A stretch of 43,772 nt of DNA from Gemmatimonadota bacterium. GTDB taxonomy: Bacteria > Gemmatimonadota > Gemmatimonadetes > Gemmatimonadales > GWC2-71-9. Each line of letters begins with the position of its first letter. Within the stretch, counting starts at the first letter, position 1. The DNA lies in assembly GCA_031393795.1 (NCBI GenBank), contig JANMWE010000272.1, positions 1-43,772 on the forward strand, given 5' to 3'. The position numbers and the translations under genes were made by a program. The notes under the pieces were generated by a model. The model was not told where the DNA came from and searched no databases. It worked only from the letters and a program-made list of their open reading frames with translations. This document shows positions 24,438 through 32,454 of the stretch, piece after piece.

Positions 24438-27400
24438 CTATTCTCCGGAAGTGGTCGTGGTCGCGGCCAGGCCGCGCAGCGCCCGCACCAACGCGGGCAC
24501 CAGTGGTTCACCGCCATCGCGCGTGAGGCGGAGGGCGAGGGGTTGGGTCCGGCGGACCTCCGCCTGCAGCTGGACATCGTCCAGCGCGCGGGTCAGGCCG
24601 GTCAGTCGGGGAGCCGCTCCCACCCGGAACGTCAGGCGGGCCTCGTCCCCCTGGATGAGCACGTGCTGCATCGCGAGCGCCGCACCCGTCACCCGGAGGC
24701 GCGCCACATCCAGCAGCGTCGCCGCGGGGGGCGGGAGGGGTCCGAAACGGTCCCGGAGCTCCGCCGCCAAGGCATCAATATCATCGGAAGCCCCGGCCCG
24801 GGCCAGTCGGCGATAGAGGTCGAGCTTGGCGTCGTCGTCGGGGACGTACCCGTCCGGGAGGTGGCTCGGCAGGTCCACCACGACCTCGGGCGGCTGCGGC
24901 AGGTCCTTGCCGTTCCGCCCTTGGAGCCCCTTCACCGTCTCTTCGAGCCACCGCAGGTAAAGATCGAACCCCACCATATGCGCGTGTCCCGACTGCTCGG
25001 CGCCGAGCAGGTTGCCCGCACCGCGGATCTCGAGGTCCTTGAGAGCGATCCGGTATCCCGCGCCGAGCTCGGTATGGTGCTCCAGCACCTTGAGCCGTTC
25101 CTGCGCCGCCGGCTCGAGGTCGTCCGGGGCCAGGAGGTAGCAGTACGCCCGGCGGTGGCTCCGGCCGACGCGTCCGCGCAGCTGGTACAGCTGCGCCAGC
25201 CCGAACCGGTGGGCATCGTGCACCACCATCGTGTTGGCGTTCGGCACGTCCAGCCCCGACTCGACGATCATCGTCGTCACCAGGATGTCGATCTCGCCGG
25301 TGACGAACCGCTCCATCACCCCTTCGAGCTCCTCCGAGCCCATCTGGCCATGCGCCACCCCCACCCGCGCGCGGGGCGCCAGGGAGCGCACGCGCGCCGC
25401 GATCGTCTCGATGGTCTCGATCCGGTTGTGCACCACGAACACCTGGCCGCCGCGGTCGAGCTCGCGCGCGAAGGCCTCCTCGAGGAGCCCGTCGTCCCAC
25501 GGCTCCACGAAGGTGAGCACCGGCGACCGGTCGCGCGGGGCGGTCTCGATGAGCGAGAGGTCGCGGAGCCCCGCCATCGACATGTGCAGCGTGCGCGGGA
25601 TCGGGGTCGCGGTCATCGTGAGCACGTCGACGGCGAGCTTGAGCGCCTTGATCCGCTCTTTGTGCTTCACGCCGAAGCGGTGCTCTTCATCCACCACCAG
25701 CAGGCCGATGTCCTTGAAGTTGACGTCCGGCGAGAGCAGGCGATGGGTCGCGATCACGATGTCGGTATCGCCACTCTCCAGCTTGGCCAGCGCCGCCTTC
25801 TGCTCCTTGGCCGTCCGGAAGCGCGACAGGACCTCGACCTTCACCGGAAAATCCGCCAGCCGCTCCTGGAACGTGCGGCCGTGCTGCTCCGCCAGGATCG
25901 TCGTCGGCACCAGCACCGCCACCTGCTTGCCGCCCTGCACCGCCTTGAACGCGGCCCGTACCGCCACCTCGGTCTTGCCATAGCCGACGTCGCCCACCAG
26001 GAGCCGGTCCATCGGCCGCGGCAGCTCCATGTCCCGTTTCACGTCGTCGGTGGCCTTCCGCTGGTCGGGCGTATCCTCGTAGAGGAAGCTCGACTCCAGC
26101 TCGCGCTGCCACCGGCCGTCGGGCGGGAAGGGGTACCCCGCCGCCACCTTCCGCCGAGCGTACAGGTCCACCAGTTCGGCCGCCATCTTCTTGATCGCCG
26201 TGCGGGTCGCATCGCGCTGCTTCTTCCAGACCGCCCCACCGATGGTATGGAGCTTCGGCGGCGGCCGGTCGCCGTCGTCCCCTGAGGCGCGATACAACTC
26301 CAGCAGGTCGAGACGGTAGAGCGGCACCTGCACCTTGGTGCCGCCGGCGTACTCCACCATCGCCACCTCGAGCGTCCCCTGCCCGATGGTGATGGTCTCG
26401 ATCCCGCGGTAGATGCCGATGCCGTGGTCGAGGTGGACGACGTAGTCGCCGGAGACGAGGGTGCCGGTGGCGGCGGTGGGTGCGGCGGTGCGATAACGGC
26501 GGGGACGGCGGAGACGGCGGGCGCGGCGGAAGATCTCGTGGTCGGTGAGGACCCGGAGCGACGCCATCACGAAGCCGCCGTCCAGGGCCCCCACCTTGAG
26601 CGCGGCCCCCACCGGCCGCGATCCTTCGCTCAGCAGGTCGTCGAGCCGCTCGCGCTGGCCTTCGTTGTCGCAGAGGATGACGGTCGGCTGGGATCCCGAG
26701 AGCACCGCGCGGAGCTTGCCGAGATCGCGGTCGATCCGCTCCGGCGGGAGGAACCCGAGCATCAGTTCGGCCGGATCGTCGCGCAGGGTCAGGCGCGCGA
26801 ACTTCCCCAACCGCGCCTGCCACGACTCCGGCGACTCGAGGATCGCATCGCGTCCCGGCACCCCCTCGCCCATCCGCCGCGCCACTTCAAGATGATGCTC
26901 GGCCTCCTGCCAGGCCCGCGCCACCTCCTCCGCGTCGGACGGTTCCTTCTCCTGCAGGATCAACGTGTCGGGGGGGAGGAGCTCGAGAAGGGACTGCCGA
27001 GCGGCGTTGACCTTGCTGCTGCCCTTGCCGCGCGGTTCGGGGCGATGCCCGCGTACCGGGAGGACGACGACGTCCGGCAGGCTCGCCCCCGATCGCTGGG
27101 TGGTCAGGTCGAACACCCGGAGTCCGATCAGGTCATCGCCCCACCATTCGGCCCGCGCGGGCTGCGCCATCCCGAACCCGTAGATGTCCACGATGCCGCC
27201 GCGCACGGAATACTCCGCCACTTGCGTCACCTGGGGCACCCGGAGGTATCCCATGTTCTCCAGCAGGTCGGCCACCTCGCTGAGCGAAGGCCCGGCCGCC
27301 ATCCCCTTGCCATCCTCCGGCGCGTGGAGCACCAGGCGGGCCTCACCGAGCGCGAGCGGGACGCTGGTCCGCTCCGCGGTGGCGCGCGCGGTGGTGACCA

Positions 27401-27752
27401 GCAGGCGGAGCCGTCCGCTCAGCAGGTCATCGAGGGTCTCGACCCGCTCGCCCGCGATCTCGAGATGCGGTTCATCCTCGCCGAGCGACTCGCGCTGCGG
27501 GTAGTACGCCAGCGGGAGGTCGGTGAGGTGACGCAGGTCGGCCAGCCACCGCTCGGCCTCGGCCGGCCCGGGGGCCACGATCACCACCGGGCGCTCGGGC
27601 ATCGAACGCGCCAGCGCTGCCGCCACCACTCCCGCGCTCGATCCGGGCAGACCTCCCAGACGCAACCGTTCGCCCCGCCCCGGCAGTTTGGCGCGGAGCT
27701 GGCGAGAGGCGGCTGTCTTGTCGAACGCGTCGAGGATCAGGTCAAGCGGCAA
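24438..27752 (-). CDS. mfd: Transcription-repair coupling factor
   Basis: 1104 aa. Contains the CarD-like region, DEAD/DEAH helicase motifs (GDVGYGKTEVA, VVDEEHRFG), helicase C and a TRCF C-terminal domain. TTG start at 27752. Its stop abuts the next ATG (TAGATG). Confidence 0.95.
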   Translation of the reverse strand: MPLDLILDAFDKTAASRQLRAKLPGRGERLRLGGLPGSSAGVVAAALARSMPERPVVIVAPGPAEAERWLADLRHLTDLPLAYYPQRESLGEDEPHLEIAGERVETLDDLLSGRLRLLVTTARATAERTSVPLALGEARLVLHAPEDGKGMAAGPSLSEVADLLENMGYLRVPQVTQVAEYSVRGGIVDIYGFGMAQPARAEWWGDDLIGLRVFDLTTQRSGASLPDVVVLPVRGHRPEPRGKGSSKVNAARQSLLELLPPDTLILQEKEPSDAEEVARAWQEAEHHLEVARRMGEGVPGRDAILESPESWQARLGKFARLTLRDDPAELMLGFLPPERIDRDLGKLRAVLSGSQPTVILCDNEGQRERLDDLLSEGSRPVGAALKVGALDGGFVMASLRVLTDHEIFRRARRLRRPRRYRTAAPTAATGTLVSGDYVVHLDHGIGIYRGIETITIGQGTLEVAMVEYAGGTKVQVPLYRLDLLELYRASGDDGDRPPPKLHTIGGAVWKKQRDATRTAIKKMAAELVDLYARRKVAAGYPFPPDGRWQRELESSFLYEDTPDQRKATDDVKRDMELPRPMDRLLVGDVGYGKTEVAVRAAFKAVQGGKQVAVLVPTTILAEQHGRTFQERLADFPVKVEVLSRFRTAKEQKAALAKLESGDTDIVIATHRLLSPDVNFKDIGLLVVDEEHRFGVKHKERIKALKLAVDVLTMTATPIPRTLHMSMAGLRDLSLIETAPRDRSPVLTFVEPWDDGLLEEAFARELDRGGQVFVVHNRIETIETIAARVRSLAPRARVGVAHGQMGSEELEGVMERFVTGEIDILVTTMIVESGLDVPNANTMVVHDAHRFGLAQLYQLRGRVGRSHRRAYCYLLAPDDLEPAAQERLKVLEHHTELGAGYRIALKDLEIRGAGNLLGAEQSGHAHMVGFDLYLRWLEETVKGLQGRNGKDLPQPPEVVVDLPSHLPDGYVPDDDAKLDLYRRLARAGASDDIDALAAELRDRFGPLPPPAATLLDVARLRVTGAALAMQHVLIQGDEARLTFRVGAAPRLTGLTRALDDVQLQAEVRRTQPLALRLTRDGGEPLVPALVRALRGLAATTTTSGE

Positions 27753-27921
27753 ATTCGGCTACAGCGTGACACGTGAACGGCACGGCGTGACGCAGGGTGC
27801 GTGACGCGGGAATGAGATCGTGGATTTGCCCGGCACAAGCGTGTTGCGCGACAAGCCGGTGACCGGCCTATCGCGTGGAGGAGCGTGGAAGGAAAGAGGT
27901 CAGGGCGGTAATAGCAAGTTC

Positions 27922-29724
27922 CTACGCCGAGCGCCTGCCCGGACCGGACTCCCGCCCTCCCCAACTCGCCAGGATCAGTTCCGCCACCCCGCAGACCAGC
28001 GCCAGCCAGAGCAGGACTCCGCGGAGGTCGGCCCGCGCCGCAAGTGCGAAGGCCGCCGCGCCCGGCGCGTCCCCCGTCACCACGCGCGCGTGCCAGAGCC
28101 GCTCGACGGTCCCACGGGTGGCCGGTGTCAGGAGCGACTCCCGAGGATCCGCCCCGGCACCGAGCGCACCGACGGTGTCGTTCCCCGCGACCAACCAGTA
28201 GACACCGGCCGTCGGGGGCCGGAATCCGGCGCCCCCTTCCACTATCCACCGTTCGCCGCCGCGCCGCACCTCGGTCACCGCGTCAGGCAACAGGGTCGGC
28301 TCTCCCACGGCGGCGTCCGACGTCGCCACCTCCCCCCGCGCCACCCGATTGACCAGGGCATCGACGAAGGGCAGGAAGGCGGCGCTGTAGGGCAGGTCGG
28401 TCCACTCCGGTTCCAATCGGCTGCCGAGCAGGACGACGGTCCCCGAACGGACCAGCCACGGCTCACCGCCGACGGTCGCAAGCACTCCCACCTGCCCGCT
28501 CCCGCTCGGCACCAGCCGGTACCGCCGCGTCACGCCGTGCCGTCCGAGCCAGGTATTGCTGTCGGTGGTGGCGCCCTGTTCCACGATCGGTCCAAAGCGC
28601 CACGGGACGCCGCGCTGTTCCAGCGCGCGGTTGACTGCGCCCAGCCGTGCCGGCTCTGCCGATGGGAGGACGATCGATGCGCCCGACGCGAGCGCCCCGA
28701 CCGAGACCTCGTTGCCTTCGCGCACTCGGCCGTTGTCGCGAAGGGTCTCGAGTGCCGCCCCGACGAACCGCCCGGCCTCGCTCCACCGGGCCGCCGCTAC
28801 CGCCGCCACCCGCACGCCGCCCATGCGGATGTCGTCTGCGCGCAGTTCGTCGGCGTCGAGCTCGGCCTTCACTTCGTACCAGCCGGGACGCCCCGCTCTG
28901 AGGACCACCGTGGCCGGCGTTCCCGCCGAGACCAGGGCCTGTCGCGCCGGACGATCACCGAGCTGCACCCGCACCGGCACCCGCAGGCTCGAGTCGCCGG
29001 TCACCCCGACCGTGATCCGCGCGCCGTCGAGCCCCCAGGGCTGGGCGCCGAGTCCGAGGGTCGCGAGGCCCACGTTCGCCACCGTCGGTTCGGTCACCGC
29101 GACCACCACGACCGGGACCGTCACCTCCGCCGGGGTCACCGCGGTCGCCTGCAGGTCGGTCACTACCGCGACGCCCCCCGGTCGCTCGTCCCCCCGCACC
29201 ACCTCCCCGGCCATGCCGAGCGCTTCGCCCAGGTCGAGCCGGCGCGCCACCGGACCGAGAGTGTCGATCAGCGCGCGCAATTGCTCGGGCGATCCTCGGC
29301 GGGGGATCCCGTCGGCGTCGATCAGCCAGAGCGCGTCCGACGGGGTGGCCCGCGCCAGGATGTCGCGCGCCGCGCGCTTGAGGACCTCGAGCCGCGCGGT
29401 GCCACCGGCCACGACCCCGCTCGAAAGCGAGTTGTCGAACACGACTGCCAGTGCCGTCGGCGGGTGAACGGCCATCCCGCGCACCGGGGCCGACGGACCG
29501 GCCGCGGCCAGCATCAATGAGACGACGAGGAGCGTCCGGAGCAGCAGCAGGAGCCAATGCCGCAGGCGGAGACGCTTCTCGTGGTCACGGGTGGCGTCGA
29601 GCAGGTAACGCACCGCCGGGAACGCGACCGTCGGCGGTTCGCGGTGCTGCCGAAGATGGAGGAGAATGGGGACGCTGGCGGCGACGAGGCCGACCAGCAT
29701 CCACGGATGCAGGAAGGCGATCAC
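27922..29724 (-). CDS. BatA-like protein: N-terminal double-TM aerotolerance domain plus vWA-like domain
   Basis: GTG at 29724 overlaps the DUF58 stop (GTGA). The N-terminus is FLHPWMLVGLVAASVPILLHL. A DxSxS-like FDNSLSS is present, and there is a C-terminal TM segment. Confidence 0.75.
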   Translation of the reverse strand: MIAFLHPWMLVGLVAASVPILLHLRQHREPPTVAFPAVRYLLDATRDHEKRLRLRHWLLLLLRTLLVVSLMLAAAGPSAPVRGMAVHPPTALAVVFDNSLSSGVVAGGTARLEVLKRAARDILARATPSDALWLIDADGIPRRGSPEQLRALIDTLGPVARRLDLGEALGMAGEVVRGDERPGGVAVVTDLQATAVTPAEVTVPVVVVAVTEPTVANVGLATLGLGAQPWGLDGARITVGVTGDSSLRVPVRVQLGDRPARQALVSAGTPATVVLRAGRPGWYEVKAELDADELRADDIRMGGVRVAAVAAARWSEAGRFVGAALETLRDNGRVREGNEVSVGALASGASIVLPSAEPARLGAVNRALEQRGVPWRFGPIVEQGATTDSNTWLGRHGVTRRYRLVPSGSGQVGVLATVGGEPWLVRSGTVVLLGSRLEPEWTDLPYSAAFLPFVDALVNRVARGEVATSDAAVGEPTLLPDAVTEVRRGGERWIVEGGAGFRPPTAGVYWLVAGNDTVGALGAGADPRESLLTPATRGTVERLWHARVVTGDAPGAAAFALAARADLRGVLLWLALVCGVAELILASWGGRESGPGRRSA

Positions 29725-30626
29725 GCGAGGCGGGCGCCCTGCACCAGCGCCCCCCGGAGCGCCATGCCGAAGGGAGTGTCGGTCGTGATGCGCGCATAGC
29801 CGATGCCGCGCCTGCGGCATTCGCGACGCCAGGCGCTGACGACCCCGGTCACGGTGGCGCGATAGGCGTCGGCCCAGTCGCGGGGGCGGAGCACCACCGC
29901 CTCACGCGTCTCCGGATCCTCGAAGCGTGCCTCGGCCGGCCCGGCCAGCTCCACTTCGGCCGGATCCATCAGGTGCAGCACGAGCACCTGGTGTCCCCGG
30001 TGCCGCAGGAAGCGGAGCGCTTTCAGCGTCAGGTCGCGGTCGAGCAGGAGGTCGGAAACGAACACCACGAGCCCCCGCCGTCGGAGAAGGCCGAGCACCC
30101 GGCGGAGGGCCGGTTCCGCCGCCGTCCCGCGCCCGGGGACGAGCCCATCCAGCCCGAGGGCCAGCTGCCGCCATTGATCGCTCCGCGCCCGCGCCGGGAT
30201 CGCGGCGCGCACGACCTCGTCGAACGCGATCAGGCCCGTTGCGTCACGCTGCCGGAGCAGCACCATCGCGAGCGCGGCCACGAGCCTTCGGGAATACTCG
30301 AGCTTGGAGAGCACTTCAGGGCCGCCACTCCACGCCATCGAGGCGCTCACGTCGCAGACCAGCATCGCGCGAAGGTTCGTCTCTTCCTCATACTGCTTGA
30401 CGTAGAGCCGGTCATTCCGACCCAGGAGCTTCCAGTCGATGTAGCGAAGCTCGTCGCCCGGCTGGTACATCCGGTGTTCGGCGAACTCGACCGAGAAGCC
30501 GCGCCGCGGTGAGCGATGCAATCCGGCGAGAAAACCCTCCACGACCCCCTCGGTCACCACCTCCAGGCCGCCCAGGCGGGCGACCTCAGCGGGGTCGAGC
30601 AGATCGAGTCGGTCGCGTGGGGCCAT
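29721..30626 (-). CDS. DUF58 family protein (vWA-like, usually the partner of the MoxR ATPase)
   Basis: Contains GLHRSPRRGFSVEFAEHRMYQPGDELRYIDWK and LVCDVSASM. ATG at 30626. The track start at 30764 simply translates the heptad array and is rejected. Confidence 0.85.
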   Translation of the reverse strand: MAPRDRLDLLDPAEVARLGGLEVVTEGVVEGFLAGLHRSPRRGFSVEFAEHRMYQPGDELRYIDWKLLGRNDRLYVKQYEEETNLRAMLVCDVSASMAWSGGPEVLSKLEYSRRLVAALAMVLLRQRDATGLIAFDEVVRAAIPARARSDQWRQLALGLDGLVPGRGTAAEPALRRVLGLLRRRGLVVFVSDLLLDRDLTLKALRFLRHRGHQVLVLHLMDPAEVELAGPAEARFEDPETREAVVLRPRDWADAYRATVTGVVSAWRRECRRRGIGYARITTDTPFGMALRGALVQGARLA

Positions 30627-30632
30627 TGGGGG

Positions 30633-30638
30633 AATGTA
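30633..30638 (-). promoter_or_regulatory. -10-like TACATT box 5 nt upstream of the DUF58 ATG (minus strand reads TACATTCCCCCATG)
   Basis: Same TAYATT-CCCCC-ATG arrangement as kynA and lepA, with no SD. The heptad array starts about 7 nt further upstream. Confidence 0.3.
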
Positions 30639-30644
30639 GAAGGT

Positions 30645-30846
30645 GAGGAGTTGAGAGCTAAGAGCCGAGAGCCAGGAGCCGAGAGCCGAGAGCCAAGAGC
30701 CAAGAGCGAAGAGCGAAGAGCGAAGAGCTAAGAGCTTGGGGTTCGCGTAGTTACGAGTGTACACCCCACTGGACAGCGGATGGCGACGGCATCCGCTGGT
30801 AAGGCTAAATCCTTTGGCTCTAAGCTCTTAGCTCTTGGCTCTCAAC
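30645..30846. repeat. HP4: 12-13 tandem NRRGAGC heptads (30645-30735) plus a distal inverted arm of about 4.5 units (30815-30845)
   Basis: The units run TGAGAGC TAAGAGC CGAGAGC CAGGAGC CGAGAGC x2 CAAGAGC x2 GAAGAGC x3 TAAGAGC. The partner arm is GGCTCTAAGCTCTTAGCTCTTGGCTCTC. The ~75-nt spacer holds its own 9-bp hairpin (CAGCGGATG...CATCCGCTG, about 30773-30797). Confidence 0.9.
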
Positions 30847-30905
30847 TGGCACGGTGGCTGCACTAGTTCCGGGGGTCTCAACCCGTTGTCTCCACGGAGG
30901 ACACC

Positions 30906-32273
30906 ATGTTCGTCACCCTCGGCTTGATCGCCAGCCTCGGTCTTGGGCTTCCCCCCCGGCCGGTGGACCATCTCCGCCTCTACAGCGACTTGGGCTCTTC
31001 GGGCGGACGTATCTCGATCTGGCTTGATCGGAGCAATCCCTATGCACGCGGGGATCGCGCCCGGGTCTACGTCTCGGCCGACCGCGATTCCTATCTCACC
31101 GTGCTCCGCATCGACACCGACGGCCGGGTACGGGTGCTCTTTCCGCAGGACCCCTGGGACGACAACTATGTGACGGGCGGGCGCACCTTCGAGGTCGAGG
31201 ACCGCGGTGGTGACCGGGCCTTCCGCGTGGATGACGCGCCCGGCGCCGGGTACGTCTTCGCGATCGTGTCGGACGTGAAGTTCGACTACAGCTCGATCCT
31301 GACCCAGCGCGACAACTGGGACTACCGCACCATCGCGGACGGGCAGGTCCGCGGCGACCCGTACGTTGCGGTCACCGACCTGGCGCAGCGCATCGTACCG
31401 ACCGGGGAGTTCGACTATGACCTGGCGCAGTACGACGTGCAGCAGCACTATGACTACCCGCGCTTCGTCTGCTACGATTGTCATGCCTACGCACCCTACT
31501 ACACCTGGAACCCCTACGCGCATTCGTGCGTGCGGTTCCGCGTGGTGATCTACGACGATCCGTACTATTACCCCTACCGCTACTACGGTGGTCGCGGGGT
31601 GGTGGTGGTCCGGCCTCGCCGGCCGCAGCCCCGCTACGTCTTCGTCGACAACAGCGGTGGCAACGACTACGTGACCCGCATCCCCACCCGCCCACGCCGT
31701 GAGGACCAGGGTGGCACCACTGGCGGCGGCACGGGTGGCGGCACCGGTGGCGACCAGATGCGTCCGCGCCGCGGGGAGGATGTCGGGGGCCGTGGCACCA
31801 TCCCGATCCCGGGAGACACCCGACGTCGGATCATAGGCCAGCCCGAGCAGCGGGCCACCGATCCAGGTCAGCAGCCGCCGGAACGTCGGCGGATCGAGCG
31901 GCAGGGCGACAAGCCCGCGATCGGTGAGCCAGGGCGCCGAGACCGCCCGGAGACCCAGCCCAATCCGCCCGGGCTCGAGCCCCAACCGCAGATGAAGCCA
32001 GACCGGCCTCGCCGCGAAGAGCCGTCACGGCAGGACCCGCAGTCTCGACCGGAGCCCCAGCGTCCCCCCGAGCAGCGGCGGGAGGAGCCGAGGCGCCAGG
32101 AGCCGGAATCACGGCCGGAACCGCAGCGCCCGCCGGAACCGCGTGCGGAGCCGCGGGCCGAGCCCCGTGCCGAGCCCCGTGCCGAGCCGAGGCACGAGGA
32201 ACCGCGGCGGCAACCGCCGAGCGGTGGGGGGGGAAGGTCGGGGAGCCCGGAGCTGCGCAGGCGGAGGGGTTGA
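30906..32273 (+). CDS. DUF4384-domain protein with a Tyr-rich middle region and a long Pro/Arg/Glu-rich disordered tail
   Basis: SD GGAGGA lies 5 nt upstream. The DUF4384-like core is RVYVSADRDSYLTVLRIDTDGRVRVLFPQ. The tail has repeats SRPEPQRPPE x2 and (AEPR)4, the latter encoded by 12-bp tandem units at 32145-32192. Confidence 0.75.
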   Translation: MFVTLGLIASLGLGLPPRPVDHLRLYSDLGSSGGRISIWLDRSNPYARGDRARVYVSADRDSYLTVLRIDTDGRVRVLFPQDPWDDNYVTGGRTFEVEDRGGDRAFRVDDAPGAGYVFAIVSDVKFDYSSILTQRDNWDYRTIADGQVRGDPYVAVTDLAQRIVPTGEFDYDLAQYDVQQHYDYPRFVCYDCHAYAPYYTWNPYAHSCVRFRVVIYDDPYYYPYRYYGGRGVVVVRPRRPQPRYVFVDNSGGNDYVTRIPTRPRREDQGGTTGGGTGGGTGGDQMRPRRGEDVGGRGTIPIPGDTRRRIIGQPEQRATDPGQQPPERRRIERQGDKPAIGEPGRRDRPETQPNPPGLEPQPQMKPDRPRREEPSRQDPQSRPEPQRPPEQRREEPRRQEPESRPEPQRPPEPRAEPRAEPRAEPRAEPRHEEPRRQPPSGGGGRSGSPELRRRRG

Positions 32274-32344
32274 GACAAGAGGAGACGGGAGGAGACGGGA
32301 GTGGTCCCCGCCTCCTCTCGTCTCTTTTCGTCTCCTCTCGTCTC
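32272..32344 (+). repeat. HP5: heptad-built hairpin (GGAGACG units) directly after the DUF4384 gene stop
   Basis: The left arm is GAGACAAGAGGAGACGGGAGGAGACGGGAG and the right arm is CCTCCTCTCGTCTCTTTTCGTCTCCTCTCGTCTC. Of the arm mismatches, 4 become G-U and 1 is A-C on the + strand RNA. Confidence 0.7.
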
Positions 32345-32454
32345 ATCCTGTTTCGGCTGCTGAAACATCGTACCGGGGCCCCCCGTACCGTTCACCGGTC
32401 GGGGGGTGTTTACTTGCATCCCCTTCGCTCGTTCACCTAGCCGGGAGTTCTCGC

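Noticed and set aside
23637-26285. Very long + strand ORF (882 aa) opposite mfd. Similar long antisense ORFs include 4280-6130 (+), 8836-10893 (+), 16394-17896 (+), 18971-21298 (+), 21667-23226 (+), 27820-29520 (+), 32437-33825 (-) and 35924-37345 (-).
   Set aside because: All lie antisense to genes with unmistakable conserved domains. Their translations are Arg/Pro/Gly/His-rich with no recognisable motifs. Stop-poor antisense frames are expected at this GC content.
30627-30764. N-terminal extension of the DUF58 ORF, translating to LFALGSWLSALGSWLSAL (an apparent heptad/leucine-zipper-like peptide)
   Set aside because: It is simply the heptad DNA array read in frame. The DUF58 homology begins after the internal ATG at 30626, which has its own promoter-like signal.
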